Positions 49,033-62,759 are shown, counted from the first letter of the stretch. The stretch: 64,000 bases of DNA from Malacoraja senta (GCA_038087875.1 JAXLNO010000416.1:62001-126000); one strand, 5' to 3'. Numbers and translations are program-made. The notes: generated by a model from the sequence alone, not told the origin.

Positions 49033-49394
49033 AGACACCAGAATTAATGGGACAGAAAGCTCACAAAGGGATAGGAGAGTATGGCAAGTGAAATAGGGAT
49101 CGATGTGAAAGATGAAAAGCATTCTGCCAACACACAGCTAAACCAAATATTTAACACTAATTTGTATTGGTCATTCATGGTGACCTGACTCTTTGTTCAA
49201 CAAATCTAACCATCATTAACTGATTACAGATCAAGTTGGAGGAAAGCAAAGAATTGCAGTCTGGCAAACCCGAGCTTTTGGAATGGCTTCTTGCTGACAA
49301 GTGATTCATACTGTTGCTCCCAGGCAATTGCCCAATCCCCGGCCTCCGTCCTGCACCATCCCTCCAGCCACAGATGTTAGTTTAGTTCAGTTTA

Positions 49395-50470
49395 GTCAAG
49401 TCAAGTCAAGTCACATTTATTTATATTGCACATTTAAAAAACAACTCCCGTTGGCCAAAGTGCTTTACATTGGTATAAGAATAGTATAACAAACAAACAA
49501 CATACATATAGCCCTCGCTCAGAGGACGTGAAGAAAGGCTTGGGAGTACAGATGAGTTTTTAGTCTAGACTTAAAGGAGTCGATGGAGGGGGCAGTTCTG
49601 ATGGGAAGAGGGATGCTGTTCCACAGTCTAGGAGCTGCAACCGCAAAGCGCGGTCGCCCCTGAGCTTATGCCTAGACCGCGGGATATTCAGCAACCCCAA
49701 GTCGGCCGATCTGAGGGACCTGGAGGTGGTGTGGTGGGTAGCAGACTTTTAATGTAGGTGGGGGCAAGCCCATTGAGGGCTTTGTAGACATAAAGGAGGA
49801 TCTTGAAATTTATTCGGAACCGCACAGGGAGCCAGTGGAGAGAGGACAGGATCGGGGTGATGTGGTCCCTTGTTCAGGTGCCCGTCAGGAGTCTCGCTGC
49901 GGCGTTTTGGACCAGTTGCAGGTGGGACAGGGAAGATTGGCTGATGTAGAGGGAGTTGCAATAATCTAGGCGGGAGGAGATAAATGTGTGGATGATCTTT
50001 TCGAGGTCATCAAACTGGAGGAATTGTTTTATTTTAGCTATCGTCCGAAGCTGAAAGAAGCTAGCTTTTACCACGGCATTGATTTGTTTGTCAAATTTCA
50101 GTGCTGAGTCAAATATCACCCCAAGGTTTATGACGTGAGGTTTGAGTAGTGGGGTAAGGCTTCCAAGGCTGCCTGCTATGATTTTGATTGAGTCCGAGGG
50201 GCCGAGAAGGATGACCTCAGACTTACTCTTGTTTAGTTGGAGGAAATTCTGGGCCATCCAACACTTTATATCCTCGAGGCAGTGGATAAGGTTAAGCAGA
50301 TTTGATTGTTTTTTGGGCTTTAAGGGGAGATAGAGTTGTGTATGCTCTGTGTAGCAATGGGAGGAAATGCCGTGCCTTTCAATGACTTGGCCTAAGGGAA
50401 GCATATACAGGGAGAAGAGAATGGGGCCAAGGATGGAACCTTGTGGAACCCCACGGCAGAGACTAGCTGA
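49395..50470 (-). mobile_element. L2-clade LINE 3' fragment
   Basis: GVPQGSILGPILFSLYM, NLGVIFDS, SRLDYCNSL and LQLVQNAAARLL; 3' GTAAAGCACTTTGG stem-loop and (TTGAC)n tail. Confidence 0.9.
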
Positions 50471-50474
50471 GACT

Positions 50475-50915
50475 AGATTAGATATACAGCATGAAAACAA
50501 GCCCTTCAGCCCACCGAGTCCGTGCCGACCAGCGATCTCACACACTAGCACTATTCTACACACTAGGGATAATTTCCAATTTTACCAAAGCCAATTAATC
50601 TACAAACTTGTGTAAGAAGGAATTGCACCTACTGGTTTAAACCAAAGATAGACATAAAAAGCTGGAGTAACTCAGCGGGACAGGCAGCATCTCCGGAGAG
50701 AAGGAATGGGTGACGTTTTGGGTCGAGACCCTTCTTCAGACTTGTACACACTTGTACGTCTTTGGAGTGTGTGAGGAAACCGGCGCACGCAGAGAGAACC
50801 TACGCAGGTCATGGGGAGAACGCACAAACTCCGTATTCCGTAAGGACAGCACCCGTAGTCAGGATCAAACCTGGGTCTCTAGCGCTGTGAGGCAGCAACT
50901 CTACCGCTGCACCAC
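50475..50915 (-). mobile_element. HE1-like SINE interrupted by a Penelope-derived short repeat (~50612-50742)
   Basis: Head at 50860-50915, tail at 50480-50540; the insert has CTGAAGAAGGGTCTCGACCCAAAACGTC on minus. Confidence 0.72.
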
Positions 50916-51774
50916 CTTCTATGTCTGTGTACACAAACAACATAAGGAGAAACAGCTCAGCTGTGAGCAGAGGAACTGAGGCAATTGTTTGCTGGTCAAC
51001 TGTAAAAGTCAGAGAAATCACAAAATGAAAGGTTTAATAAATGATTGAAGTGTCTGAGGCCCTGTGCAGACAGAAAGTCTACAGCTTGTATCTGACAAAT
51101 GCATTCTAGAGTGCCACTCCCAGGGAAGCACAGCCACTGAACAATTGTAATCACACAAATAAATGTGTGAATGGGTGCACTCCACCTTCAACTTCAAAAG
51201 CTGCTGAGCACATCATTGTTGATTTTAGCGTTTCTTGTGAGCAGAGGTTTTTTCTCTCTTTTCAAACACTTTATTTTTGTCAAACTTTTGAGCCTTAGAC
51301 TTCCAGATTGCATCTAAATGCAAGCTAAACTTTGCATTTCTACACCTCTAGTGGCCACAGGAACTGCATCAGAACTGAATCTATCCCTCTCCTTTACGTC
51401 GATTAGCTTTCCAAATTCCAATCAGCAACTGAAGAATTGATGCAGACGTGTGACTCTCGCAGAATGCTGAAAAGGCGAGAGGTTTCTCAGAGCAACTTGT
51501 AAACCTGCCATCCTGTTTACCCTGTTAAAAGACAACTTTCAGCCCAAGGAATTTGTAGTGTAGGAAGAAACTGCAGATGCAGGTTTCAACGGAAGATAGA
51601 CAGAAAAAGCTGGAGTAACTCAGCGGGACAGACAAATCTGAAGAAGGGTCTCGACCTAAAACATCACCTATTCCTTTTCTCCAGAAATGCTGTCTGACCC
51701 GCTGAGTTACTCCAGCTTTTTCTATTTATTTCTAGGAATCAGCTCCCTGCTTGTCACTGGATCTTTGACTTCCT

Positions 51775-51960
51775 GACCCACAGACCACAAGCAGTGAGAA
51801 TAGGTGAAACCTCCTCCATAATATTACTCAATACAACGATGCCAAGCAACGATGCGTTCTCAGTCCATTACTAAACTCCCTATACACTCACGACTGTACG
51901 GTCAAATTCAACGCTAACTCCATCCACAAGTTTTCAGGTGACACCAATGTACTGGGCTGC
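51775..51960 (+). pseudogene. Rex1/Babar-like RT remnant
   Basis: Translates CVLSPLLNSLYTHDCTVKFNANSIHKFSGDT. Confidence 0.65.
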
Positions 51961-52693
51961 ACTAGGCAATTGCCTAACCGCCAGTGACCTTGGTAGAAAC
52001 AAAGAACTGCAGATGCTGGTTTATACCAAAGATAGACACAAAGTACTGGAGTAACTCACTGGGTCAGAATTCTTGCAGGTGTGTGACTATGAGAAGGCAA
52101 CAGGTGTCTCAGAGCAACCTGTAAACTGAACACTAGTCATCCTGTTAAGGCAACATTCACTAAACCTCGCTCACCTGGCCTTGTCTTTCTCCTCTGGCAG
52201 CCAGCTGCTGCCTCTGCTCCTCAGCCAGAAGGCTCATGATAAATCTACAAAGGATGCCTCTTGCACTTTCCACCACCCACCCCCACCCACTGACTTTTCC
52301 CAATATACAGCCGACAGAACAGTGGGCCTGCCCCTCATCTCTAATCCCAAAACAATTAGAAACATAGCAAATAGGTGCAGGAGTAGGCCATTCGGCCCTT
52401 CGAGCCGTTTAATATCACCATGGCTGCTCATCCAAAATCAGTACCCCGTTCCTGCTTTCTCTCCATATCCCTTGATTCCATTTGCCCTAAGAGCTTGGCC
52501 GTTAGCCCTAAGAATTGGGCAAGAATTTTCTGTGGGACACGGTAGGATTGTTAAACCAATCATTTCCAAGCAAGGCTCACTCATGAATGTATGAAATGTA
52601 ATTTAACCTTGGACTGTGGTGTAGTTTACAAATATATGATCATCTTGTTGACATGCGTTGACTTTCTGATCAGATTGAGACTTTGGAGTCTCA

Positions 52694-53022
52694 TGGGCCT
52701 GTCCCACTTACGCAACTTTTTCGGTGACTTGCCGGCCCCCGTCATAGGTCGTTGCAGGTCACAGAAAATGTTCAACGTTGAAAACCCAGCGGCGACCAGA
52801 ACAAGGTACGACTCTTTGGGTAACTACTCACGACCATACAGGCTTCACCCCGCGACATGTCGCCTGTATGGTCGTGAGTAGTCTCCTCATTCGCCCAAAG
52901 AGTCGTCGCATCTTTCTGGACGCCACTGAATTTTCAACATATTGAACATTTTCAGCGACCTGGAACGACCAATGACGGGTGCCGGCAGTCGCCGAAAAAG
53001 TCACGTAAGTGGGACAGGCCCA
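52694..53022. mobile_element. PIF/Harbinger-type MITE
   Basis: TIR TGGGCCTGTCCCACTTACG / CGTAAGTGGGACAGGCCCA with long imperfect internal inversion; 3-bp TSD TCA at 52691-52693 and 53023-53025. Confidence 0.85.
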
Positions 53023-53484
53023 TCAGAAGATGGTCAGTACAATTTCCTAAAGACTTTTTCTTGAGCTATAATTGATCCTGAAAGCTCAGTTGAATTTTTG
53101 GGCCGCATCCAAGTCACAGCTCATCCTTTCCCTTTAAAATATCAATTTCTGAAATGAATAAAAGCAAACTATTTGAGTCCACCACCACATCAACACACAC
53201 AGAAACATAACATTCAACACTAATTTGTATCAACCATTGATGATGGCCTGACTCTGTTCACCAAAATCAAACCTGAATTAACTGATCACAAATCAAATAG
53301 TGGCAAAAGCAAACTGCAGCTTATGCCTATCCACATATTGCTGCTGATTTTGGCAGTAGTGTTGAGATAAGAAACAAACTGTAAAGGTCAAGGAGTCACT
53401 GAATCACTGCAATAGGCAACGTTGGATGGGTTGGGCTGGCCTTAATGTCAATCATTGTCATATTGACAAATTGGAAGATTAGAA

Positions 53485-53690
53485 TTAGACCATTCGGCCC
53501 ATCAAGTCCCTCCGCCATTCAATCATGGATGATCTCTGCCTCCTAATCCCATTTTCTTATCTTCTCCCCATAACCCTCGACACCCGTTCTATTCAAGAAT
53601 TTGTCTATCTCTGCCTTAAAAATATCCTCTGACTAAAGAAGTTCCTGCTCACCTCCTTTCTAAAAGAGCGCCCTTTAATTTTGAGGCAAT
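53485..53690 (-). mobile_element. CR1 3' UTR fragment
   Basis: CCATTCGGCCC, CCGCCATTCAATCATGG and TTCTCCCCATAACCC, as in the other CR1 tails. Confidence 0.6.
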
Positions 53691-54240
53691 GATGCCACAG
53701 CAAGCATCCTCTCGTAGTTTCAGTTGTTGGAATATGTGCTGCAGAATGTTGTCAGATTAGCCGAACACTAGTGCTTGGTCTGCCAACATACTGGATCTTC
53801 CAGTTGCTCACCATTTTAACTGCCCTTCACATTCCCATCATAAGCTTTCTGTCCTCAGCCTCCGCAGCACAAATGTTACAAAAAATTAGGCCCAAAAGTG
53901 GAACTGAGCATCACGGAATAAGCCAGTTCGGTATTCCGAAAAACGCAAGGAATCAGGGGATTTGGCAAAGGTCATTCGAGAATTTAAAAACCGATCAGGG
54001 TGCCTGGTGGTGGGGAGAGCGGGGTGTAACAGCAAGAGAGAGAGAGAGAGGGGGCAGATGCAAGTGGGAGACAGGGAGAGACGGTGAGAGGTGGGGGAAA
54101 GAGGTTTCAGTGGTAAAGCCATGGCTCGTTGCTTCTAGGAGAGTGGAGAAAATGTCCTCAATCGACAGAATGCAATTTCAGAAACCCCTCGTCTCCACCG
54201 CGCTGGAGATTTCCGCTGGTGCAAGGAACAAATGGGCTAT

Positions 54241-54661
54241 AGTTTGCGTTGAGTGAACTGAGTGTTCTTACCGTCCTCGTCGTACACCGGCGTTTTGTGA
54301 GAGTGGTTGTATCCCGGGATCCAGGGATGGAGGAGTCAGCGGCCGAGACAGGTGAGCGGGCCACGGTAGCTGGTGCCTCTCCCTCCTCTCACTCGCCGCT
54401 GGAAGAAGTGATACCTCTACACCCCGGGTCGAGCGCTGCCTCCTCCATCCCGCTGCTCAGCGGCAGCTGACTAGGATCCCACAGCATCACCGATGCCTCA
54501 CATCAGCTCCTGATCCCCCGCCCGCCCGCCCGCCCGCCTGTCTGTCTGTCTGGATAATGTGGCCGACGTTGGTTGAGCTGAAGCTGGGATCCAACCACTC
54601 TCACAAAACGCCGGTGTCCGGCGGCGAGAATGTTAACAACACAGTTCACTCAACGCAAACT
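54241..54661. repeat. GC-rich segment bounded by ~75-bp imperfect inverted repeats
   Basis: AGTTTGCGTTGAGTGAACTG...ACACCGGCGTTTTGTGAGAGTGGTTG mirrored at 54587-54661; no TSD seen. Confidence 0.85.
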
Positions 54662-55087
54662 TGAGGTCCTTTGATCCTTAGTTGCGCCCGTGGAAATCCC
54701 CGCTCCCATCCATCCCAACCACGCTCACACACACGTCTAATGTGTAGGAGGTGTGAAGAAGGCTCTTCTATCCAGAGGTCCGCGGACGGGAGTGTCAGTC
54801 GGTCCAGGCTCGCAGGCAGTGCGGAGGGGTTATGGGGGGGGGGGTGTTGTGGGGGTAGTGGGGTGTGTGGGCGGGGGGGGGGAGGAAGGGTAGAGAGCTC
54901 GGAGAAAATACAGGGGAAGAGCCATGGGGGAGGAGGGAGTATCACGGGAGCCAGCGAGGGGGACCAGAGGGGTAGTGGCTGGAATTGGCAGTGCGATGGG
55001 GACTCACAGTGGGCGCTGGTCGTTCTCCTACGCTGGGATCAGAGTCTCCGCTTTCCGTTTGGCGACATCTCCGACTCAACTCCATAC

Positions 55088-55560
55088 ACCCCCTCCCCCC
55101 CCACATCCCCCTCCCCCCACAACCCCAACCCTGACCATCCCTCACACCCTCCTCCCCCCACAACCCCAACACTGACCCTCCCCCACAACCCCCTCCCCTA
55201 CACAGCCCTCCCCCACAACCACAACCCTGCCTCTCCCCACACCCTCCTCCCCCACAACATCAACCCCGCCCCTCCTCCACACCCTCCTCCCCCACAACTC
55301 CAACCCTGCCCCTCCCCCCACAACCCCCCTCCCCCCACACCCTCCTCCTTCCACAACCCCACAACCCCCTCCCCCCATAACCCCAACCCTCCCCCCACAA
55401 CCCCCCCTCCTCCACAACCCCAACCCTCCCCCCACAACCCCCCCCTCCTCCACACCTTCCTCCCCCCACAACCCCCCCACCTCCCTCCCCCCACACCCTC
55501 CTCCTCCCCCACAACCCCAACCCGCCCCTCCCCCCACCTCTTCCACACAACCCCTCCCCC
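55088..55560. repeat. C-rich (CCCCACAACCCC-type) low-complexity tract
   Basis: Seen directly. Confidence 0.93.
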
Positions 55561-56289
55561 GTTAAAATAAAATAAAAAGTAGTTTAAATAAATATGAAAA
55601 GGTTATTAAAGTAAATTAAGTAATCACATTAAGGATGTTTCATTCTAAATATATTTAATATAAAATAATTATAAATAATTTAAAACACTATTAACATTTA
55701 TGACAGAAATTGACTGTTGCGGGAAATCAACTTTGAATCTAGATTACGTAGAGGTTGTTAGTGTTGCAGAGTGCAGGGCAGCCGAGCTCCAGAATCACAT
55801 CACTGGTTCTCCGTGGACACGGAACGGTAGAGGCAAGTGTATTCTGGATGGCCCCAGTTGTTATTGACCCGCAGTTCAGTGAATTTGTAAACGGCAGCAT
55901 CTTTATTCTACAAAGCAAAAAAACATGATGACAGATCAGGGAACCTGTGCTTCAGTATGAAAGTACTGTACGCTGGAGAGAAGATGGATTAGCTACAAAC
56001 CAGACTTCAAACATCCTGCTGATCATGGATTTCAGGACATTCTATTCAATTACATACAGCATTGATAACAAGCATTTTATCATGGAAAAGGTAGATGTTT
56101 TACAGAGGTATAAGGGGAACATGGATCTCAAATGACAGCAGGAAATACTGGGAGCAACAGCTTTACTCCATGTAGCATTGTGGATGAGGAGAGAACATGC
56201 TTACTTACACAGGCTTGCTTTGTGGAAACTGACAAATTGTGAATAAAGTGGCCATGAAAAATAAACTTCTATTCTGGAAAGATAAAATG

Positions 56290-58640
56290 CTGGAGTTCAC
56301 AAGATTGATCCCTGGGATGGCGGGACTGTCATATGGGGAAAGATTGAAAAGACTAGGCTTGTATTCAATGCAGTTTAGAAGGATGAGGGGGGGTCTTATA
56401 GAAACATATACAATTATAAAAGGACTGGACAAGCTAGATGCAGGAAAAATGTTCCCAATGTTCGGCGAGTCCAGAACCAGGGGCCACAGTCTTAGAATAA
56501 AGGGGGGCGGGTCATTTAAGACTGAGGTCGGAAAAAACTTTTTCACCCAGAGAGTTGAATTTATGGAATTCCCTGCCACAGAGGGCAGTGGAGGCCAAAT
56601 CACTCGATGGATTTAAGAGAGAGTTAGATAGAGCTCTAGGGGCTAGTGGAGTCAGGGGATATGGGAAGAAGGCAGGCACGGGTTATTAACCATATAAACA
56701 TTACAGCACGGAAACAGGCCATCTCAGCCCTTCAAGTCCGTGCTGAACATCATTTTTTTTAATGAAAAAAAATATATATATACTTCCCCCTAGTCCCATC
56801 TACCTGCACTCAGACCATAACCCTCCATTCCTTTCCCGTCCATATACCCATCCAATCTATTTTTAAAGGATAAAATCGAACCTGCCTCCACCACTTCCAC
56901 TGGAAGCTCATGCCACACAGCTACCACTCTCTGAGTAAAGAAGTTCCCCCTAATGTTACCTCTAAACTTCTGTCCCTTAATTCTCAAGTCATGTCCCCTT
57001 GTTTGAATCTTCCCTACTCTCAATGGAAAAAGCTTATCCACGTCAACTCTGTCTAACCCGCTCATAATTTTAAAGCCCTCTATCAAGTTCCCTCTTAACC
57101 TTCTACGCTCCAAAGAATAAAGACCTAACTTGTTCAACCTTTCTCTGTAACTTAGTTGCTGAAAGCCAGGCAACATTCTAGTAAATCTCCTCTGTACTCT
57201 CTCTATTTTGTTGACATCCTTCCTATAATTAGGCGACCAAAATTGTACTCCCTACTCCAGAATTGGCCTCACCAATGCCATGCGCAATTTTAACATTACA
57301 TCCCAACTTCTATATTCAATGTTCTGATTTATAAAGGCCAGCACACCAAAAGCTTTCTTTACCACCCTATCTACATGAGATTCCACCTTCAGGTAACTAT
57401 GCACAGTTATTCCTAGATCCCTCTGTTCAACTGCATTCCTCAATTATCTACCATTTACCATGTACGTACTATTTTGATTTGTCCTGCCGAGATGTAGTAC
57501 CTCACATTTATCAGCATTAACCTCCATCTGCCATCTTTCAGCCCACTCTTCCAAATGGCCTAAATCTCTCTGTAGACTTTGAAAATCTACAGTATTATCC
57601 ACCACACCACCTATCTTCATACTTACTAATCCAATTTTCCACACCATCATCCAGATCATTGATGTACATGACAAACAACAGTGGACCGAACACAGACCCC
57701 TGAGGCACCCCACTAGTCACCGGCCTCCAACCTGACAAACAGCCATCCACCATTACTCTCTGGCATCTCCCATTCAGCCACTGTTGAATCCATCTTGCTA
57801 CCACCATTAATACCCAACAATTTAATCTTCTTAACCAACCTTCCATGAGGAACCTTGTCAAAGGCCTTACTAAAGTCCATATAGACAACATCCACTGCTT
57901 TACCCTCATCAATTTCCCTAGTAACCTCTTCGAAAAATTCTAGAAGATTAGTCGAACATGACCTTCCAGGCACAAATCCATGTTGACTGTTCCAAATCAG
58001 ACCCTGCATATCCAGATGCTTATATATATCTCTAGGTATCCTTTCCATTAATTTGCCCACAACTGACGTCAAACTAACAGGTCTATAATTGCTAGGTTTA
58101 CTCTTAGAACCCTTTTTAAACAACGGAACAACATGCGCAGTACGGCAATCCTCTGGCACTATTCCCGTTTCTAATGACATTTGACATATTTCTGTCATAG
58201 CCCCTCCTATTTCTAAACTAACTTCCCTCAATGTCCTCGGGAATATCCTGTCAGGACCTGGAGACTTATCCGTTTTCATATTTTTCAAAAGTGTCCGCAC
58301 CTCCTCTTCTTTCAATCTCATAGTTTCCATTGCTACTCTGCTTGTTTCCCTTACCTCACATAATTCCATATCCTTTTCCTTGGTGAATACCGAAGAAAAG
58401 AAATGGTTCAATATCTCCCCCATCTCTTTTGGCTCTGCAGATAGCTGTCCACTCTGACTCTCTAATGGACCAATTTTATTCCTTGTTATCCTTTTGCTAT
58501 TAGTATAGCTGTAGAAACCCTTTGGATAGGGGACAATCAGCCATGATCAATAGGGGACGATCAGCCATGATCACAATGAATGGCGGTGCTGGCTCGAAGG
58601 GCTGAATGGCCTCCTCCTACACCTATTTTCTATGTTTCTA
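56290..58640 (+). mobile_element. CR1 3' fragment (56290-56687, resuming 58526-58640) split by a nested insertion
   Basis: ORF 56239..56616. Its 3' UTR CACGGGTTATT|GATAGGGG is interrupted at the bar (compare the intact copy at 32290). Confidence 0.8.
56688..58525 (-). mobile_element. CR1 LINE of a second subfamily, frameshifted
   Basis: ORFs 57713..58423, 57595..57912 and 56790..57176 with YMDFSKAFDKVPH and GVPQGSV motifs. Confidence 0.9.
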
Positions 58641-59559
58641 TGGAGTAACTCAGTGGGTCGGCAGCATTCCTGGACCTGCCTGACCTGCTGAGTTACTCCA
58701 GCATTTTGTGTCTTTCCTCGGTAAACCAGCATCTGCAGGTTCTTGTTTCTACAATCTGTAATCTGGATTGGTTCAGCAAGTTTGAAACTTGTAGATGCTT
58801 CTAGTAGACCAGCCACGGATCCAGCTCTCCTCAGTTTCCCTATCTCTGCATCTGAAAACATGTTTATCCTTGACCAGATGCCATGAATGGTCAATTTAAA
58901 AAGTATCTCTGCGCACCTGCTGCCTGACCCGAGTATTTCTAGCATTGCGTTTCAGTCCTCCATCACCTGCAGATTTGCAATTTTCTATTTGTAACTTGTT
59001 ATTTGTTCCAGTCAATACGATATTTCCGATAATACGAGTCTGAAGAAGGGCCTCGACCTGAAATGCTTCCCATTCCTTCTCTCCAAAGATGCTGCCTGTC
59101 CCACTGAGTTACTCCTGCATTTTGTGTTCATCTTCAGCATAAAGCATCTGCAGCATCAACATTTCCTTCCTACACAATGCGCTATTTGCAAATCACAAAC
59201 TCCTGACATACTTGTCCAATATATTTAATCTTCAGCAAAAGACACATGTGAGAGAACTTACTGACAGTCCATCTGATCCCGTGGGTCAGATCTTACAGCC
59301 AAGACCCATGAGTATTACTGAAGGGGGCTGTAAATCTGTTCAGTTGAGAAGGGATCAGCTGCCAGCAAGATTGGGGGAAGGGGGTTGGACAGGAATCTAC
59401 AATCGGGCCTCCATTGTAAGTCTTAGTTGATCAGTGGCACAGGAACAAGAATGATTGGGGTTAGATCTTGGGGATCAAGAGGCCAGTACAGGGCCCACCT
59501 TAGGTTCCAACCAGTGTTGCATTGTGAATGTAGAAAGAAATTGTGGAGAACAATACATC

Positions 59560-61900
59560 CAGAATGAAGGAGCTCGGGGAAATTAGCATTAGTAAAACAA
59601 AAAAGCATTGGGGGAAATAAAGCAACTAAAGATGATAAATCCCCATGGCTGGACAAACTGCATCTTAATATTTTGAAAGATGGCTATAGCAACAGTGGTT
59701 GTCATCTTTCAAAATTCCATAAATTGTAGAACTTTCCCCACAAAACAGAAGGTAGAAAATTCCAGAAAGGAGGGAGATTAAAAAATGGAAAGTTTCAGAT
59801 CCATCTGCCTTTTAGAGTTATGGAAAATAATGCAATCTATTAATACAGAAGTAGCAACATGATGCTTAAAATAAATAGGCTGGGTAGGGTCAAGATTGAA
59901 TTTCAATGACAAATGTTTGACAAATCCATTCAAGGTTTTTTTAAGGTTTAACTAGCAGGTGTAAGGATGTGTATTTAGACTTTCAGAAAGTGTCCAACTA
60001 AGTCCCATTAATAATTTGGACGAAGGGATCAAAATGTATAGAAGTTTGCTAACCAAAGCAGGGTGGCTGTGTGAGCTGAACAGGATTAGGAGAGGCTTCT
60101 TTGGATAATGACAGGTTAAATGAATGAGCAGGGACATGCACTTGGACATGCACAAGTTTAGATATTTAGCACGGAAACAGGAAATATTAACACTATCCTA
60201 CCCACACTCGGGACAATTTTGTTTTACATTTACCAAGCAAATTAACCTACAAACCTGTACGTCTTTGGAGAGTGGGAGGAAACCGAAGATCTAGGAGAAA
60301 ACCCACGCAGGTCACGGGGAGAATGTACAAACTCCGTACAGATAGCACGCATAGTTGGGATCGAACCGGGGTCTCTGGTGCTACAAGCACTGTAAGGCAA
60401 CAACTCTACCACTGTGCTGCCCACAATTCTCTACCCACAATTATCCCCCTTCCTTTCAACAGAACACTGATTCTTCCTAAAGGGACAGCAAAGATTTGGA
60501 TTTTTGGACACGATCCACCTGATATTTACAGAATAATGAAAGGCATAGAGTGGATGTGGAAAGGATGTTTCCACTGGTGGGAGAGTCTAGGACCAGAGGT
60601 CATAGCCTCAGAATTAAAGGGTGCGCCTTTAGAAATGAGGTGAGGAGGAACTTCGTTGCCACAGAGGGCTGTGGAGGCCAAGTCAGTGGATATTTTAAAG
60701 GCAGAGATAGACCAATTCTTGATTAGAACGGGTGTCAAGGGTTATTTTGGGAACAGGGATGGGTTGTTGGGGTGGGGGTTGCTATGGCAGGAATCTGCAG
60801 TCTCGACCCCTCAATGCTTTCTGCCAATTTACCTCAACCCTGCACAATGAGAAAACGCGCTACAATTTTCCAGCAGAGCCCATTGCTGCTTTTGGTTCAT
60901 GCTGTGACAATTATTAAGTTAATGCAGAGAACATGAGTTACTGACACATTTTTAACACACTGTCCCCAACACAGATGCTCTCTCACACCATTTACAAAGT
61001 AGCAGGACAAGTACCTGAACCAGCAGGACCTCTGTCTTGGGCAGTGTGATCAAATGCAACCCAAAATATGCTTTCTCTGAATTCCTCTAAATCTTTCTTT
61101 GCTTTAAAACCTCAACCCTCTGGACTTAGGCACCTCTGTAAGCTACAGGCAAATGCTGGCAAATGGGATTAGTTGTACGGGTACCTGATGGTTGACGTGG
61201 ACGAGTTGGGCACAAAGGGCCTGTTTCTGTGCTATATGACTCCACAAGTGGATTCAAAAATCTGAACTCAATTGAAGATTTGACAAACACACTGGCAATC
61301 TACATCCAGGTGAGAGGAATGGGGAGCAGAAAGTGTCAGAGTTTGGTTAAAGCAGATGGAAGGAGCCCACTTTTCCTTGAGGAAGGATATTTTTGCTATG
61401 GAGGGAACACATCAGAAGTGCAGCAGATTAACTGTAGGGATGGCAGGGCTGACGTATGAAGAACAATCTGGTCAATATTCACTGGAGTTTGGAAGGAATG
61501 ATCATTTTATAGAAACCTACAAAATGTAGAAGTTGTAACAGGACTGGAAAGATTCGAGGTAAGATGTTCCTGATGCTGGGAGTTTCAGGATCAGGATCAC
61601 AGTGCGAGGATAAGTTGAGGTCATGTAGAACTCAGAGGGGGAGAAATCTCTTCATCCAGAGTGGTGAACCAGAGGAATTCTCTATCATGGAATGCAATTG
61701 AAATCAGATCGTTGAATATACTCATGAGTTAAATATTGTTCTTGTAGCTAGAGGGACCAAGAGGTAAGGGGAGAAAGGTATGGGGAGTCTCCCAACTGGG
61801 GACTCAATTTGGATGATCAGCCATGATCACACTGAGGGGTTGAGTGGGCTTGAAGGGCCACATTGTTACTCCTGTTCATAATTTCCATGTTTCTATTCCA
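59560..61900 (+). mobile_element. Old, highly degraded CR1 fragments (59560-60150, 60525-60745, 61370-61900)
   Basis: Residual similarity: GATGATAAATCCCC, TATTTAGACTTTCAGAAAG, GTCTAGGACCAGAGGTCATAGCCTCAGAAT, GATCAGCCATGATCA. Confidence 0.6.
60160..60425 (-). mobile_element. HE1-like SINE
   Basis: Minus-strand head GGGCAGCACAGTGGTAGAGTTG and B-box GGTTCGATCCC; body matches the other copies. Confidence 0.75.
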
Positions 61901-62620
61901 TATCCCACAACTGTGGTACTGAACAAGCACGCATGATGGGCCAATACATGACTTTTTTTGACATATATATCAATATACCTTGCATTCTTCTGACTGGGAA
62001 GAACTGTTATGCAGACAGATTATGTTTCACATAAACATGGGGAAAGCAGAAGACACACACTAGTTGTGGTGGCCCCAACAGTAAATCTTGAAGTTGTGGA
62101 CCGATAGTGTCCCTGTACCTCGCTGCCTCTAGGAGAGTATTCGAAGGTGACTGCTTTCAAGACAGAAGGGAGCAGCAGTACAAGGAGTATTTACCTGAAT
62201 GACAGCTCTGGGTGAGTGAGATTGGTACCACAGTGGATAGCCAAACAGAGTAAGAAGAGCAGTCTAGGTCTCTAACGTCTCTGTGCAGCGTGTGTGGATC
62301 ACACTGCCACCTAACAAGAGAAAACAGAATCATTATCATATCACTGAATGGACAAAGTTGATCATGAATCCTTCAAGAAATATGCAGGTTTGCAGAGAAC
62401 TGCAAAACTCTGGCAGAGGGATTGGAAAGTTTTTGCTTGAGTGCTGACCACTAAGAAGAACTTTCCAATTTGTCCAATAACTCAACACATCCAGCACAAC
62501 TGCAGAAATAATTTAATGTTACAATCACGATTGTTTAAGTAAACTTGAAAGCAAATTTTCATACAATGTCCAACAGGTTGGAGCACAGAATCCAGCTGAA
62601 ACTTTAAATACACAGCTGAA

Positions 62621-62639
62621 TGGCCACCAGGTGGCAGTG
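62621..62639 (+). promoter_or_regulatory. CTCF-type motif
   Basis: TGGCCACCAGGTGGCAGTG matches the vertebrate CTCF core consensus. Confidence 0.55.
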
Positions 62640-62759
62640 GTTGGATAAGTACCCTCCCAAATCTCAACCATTTACTTGCTCTCATCATTTTTCCATTCAA
62701 TACAACTATAATAAACAAGGTGTTTATTGTATTATTTATAATAAACTCATATACTACAA

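Noticed and set aside
54671..55570. 299-aa Gly/Pro-rich ORF
   Set aside because: Driven by G-rich and C-rich tracts; non-ATG start and no recognisable domain.
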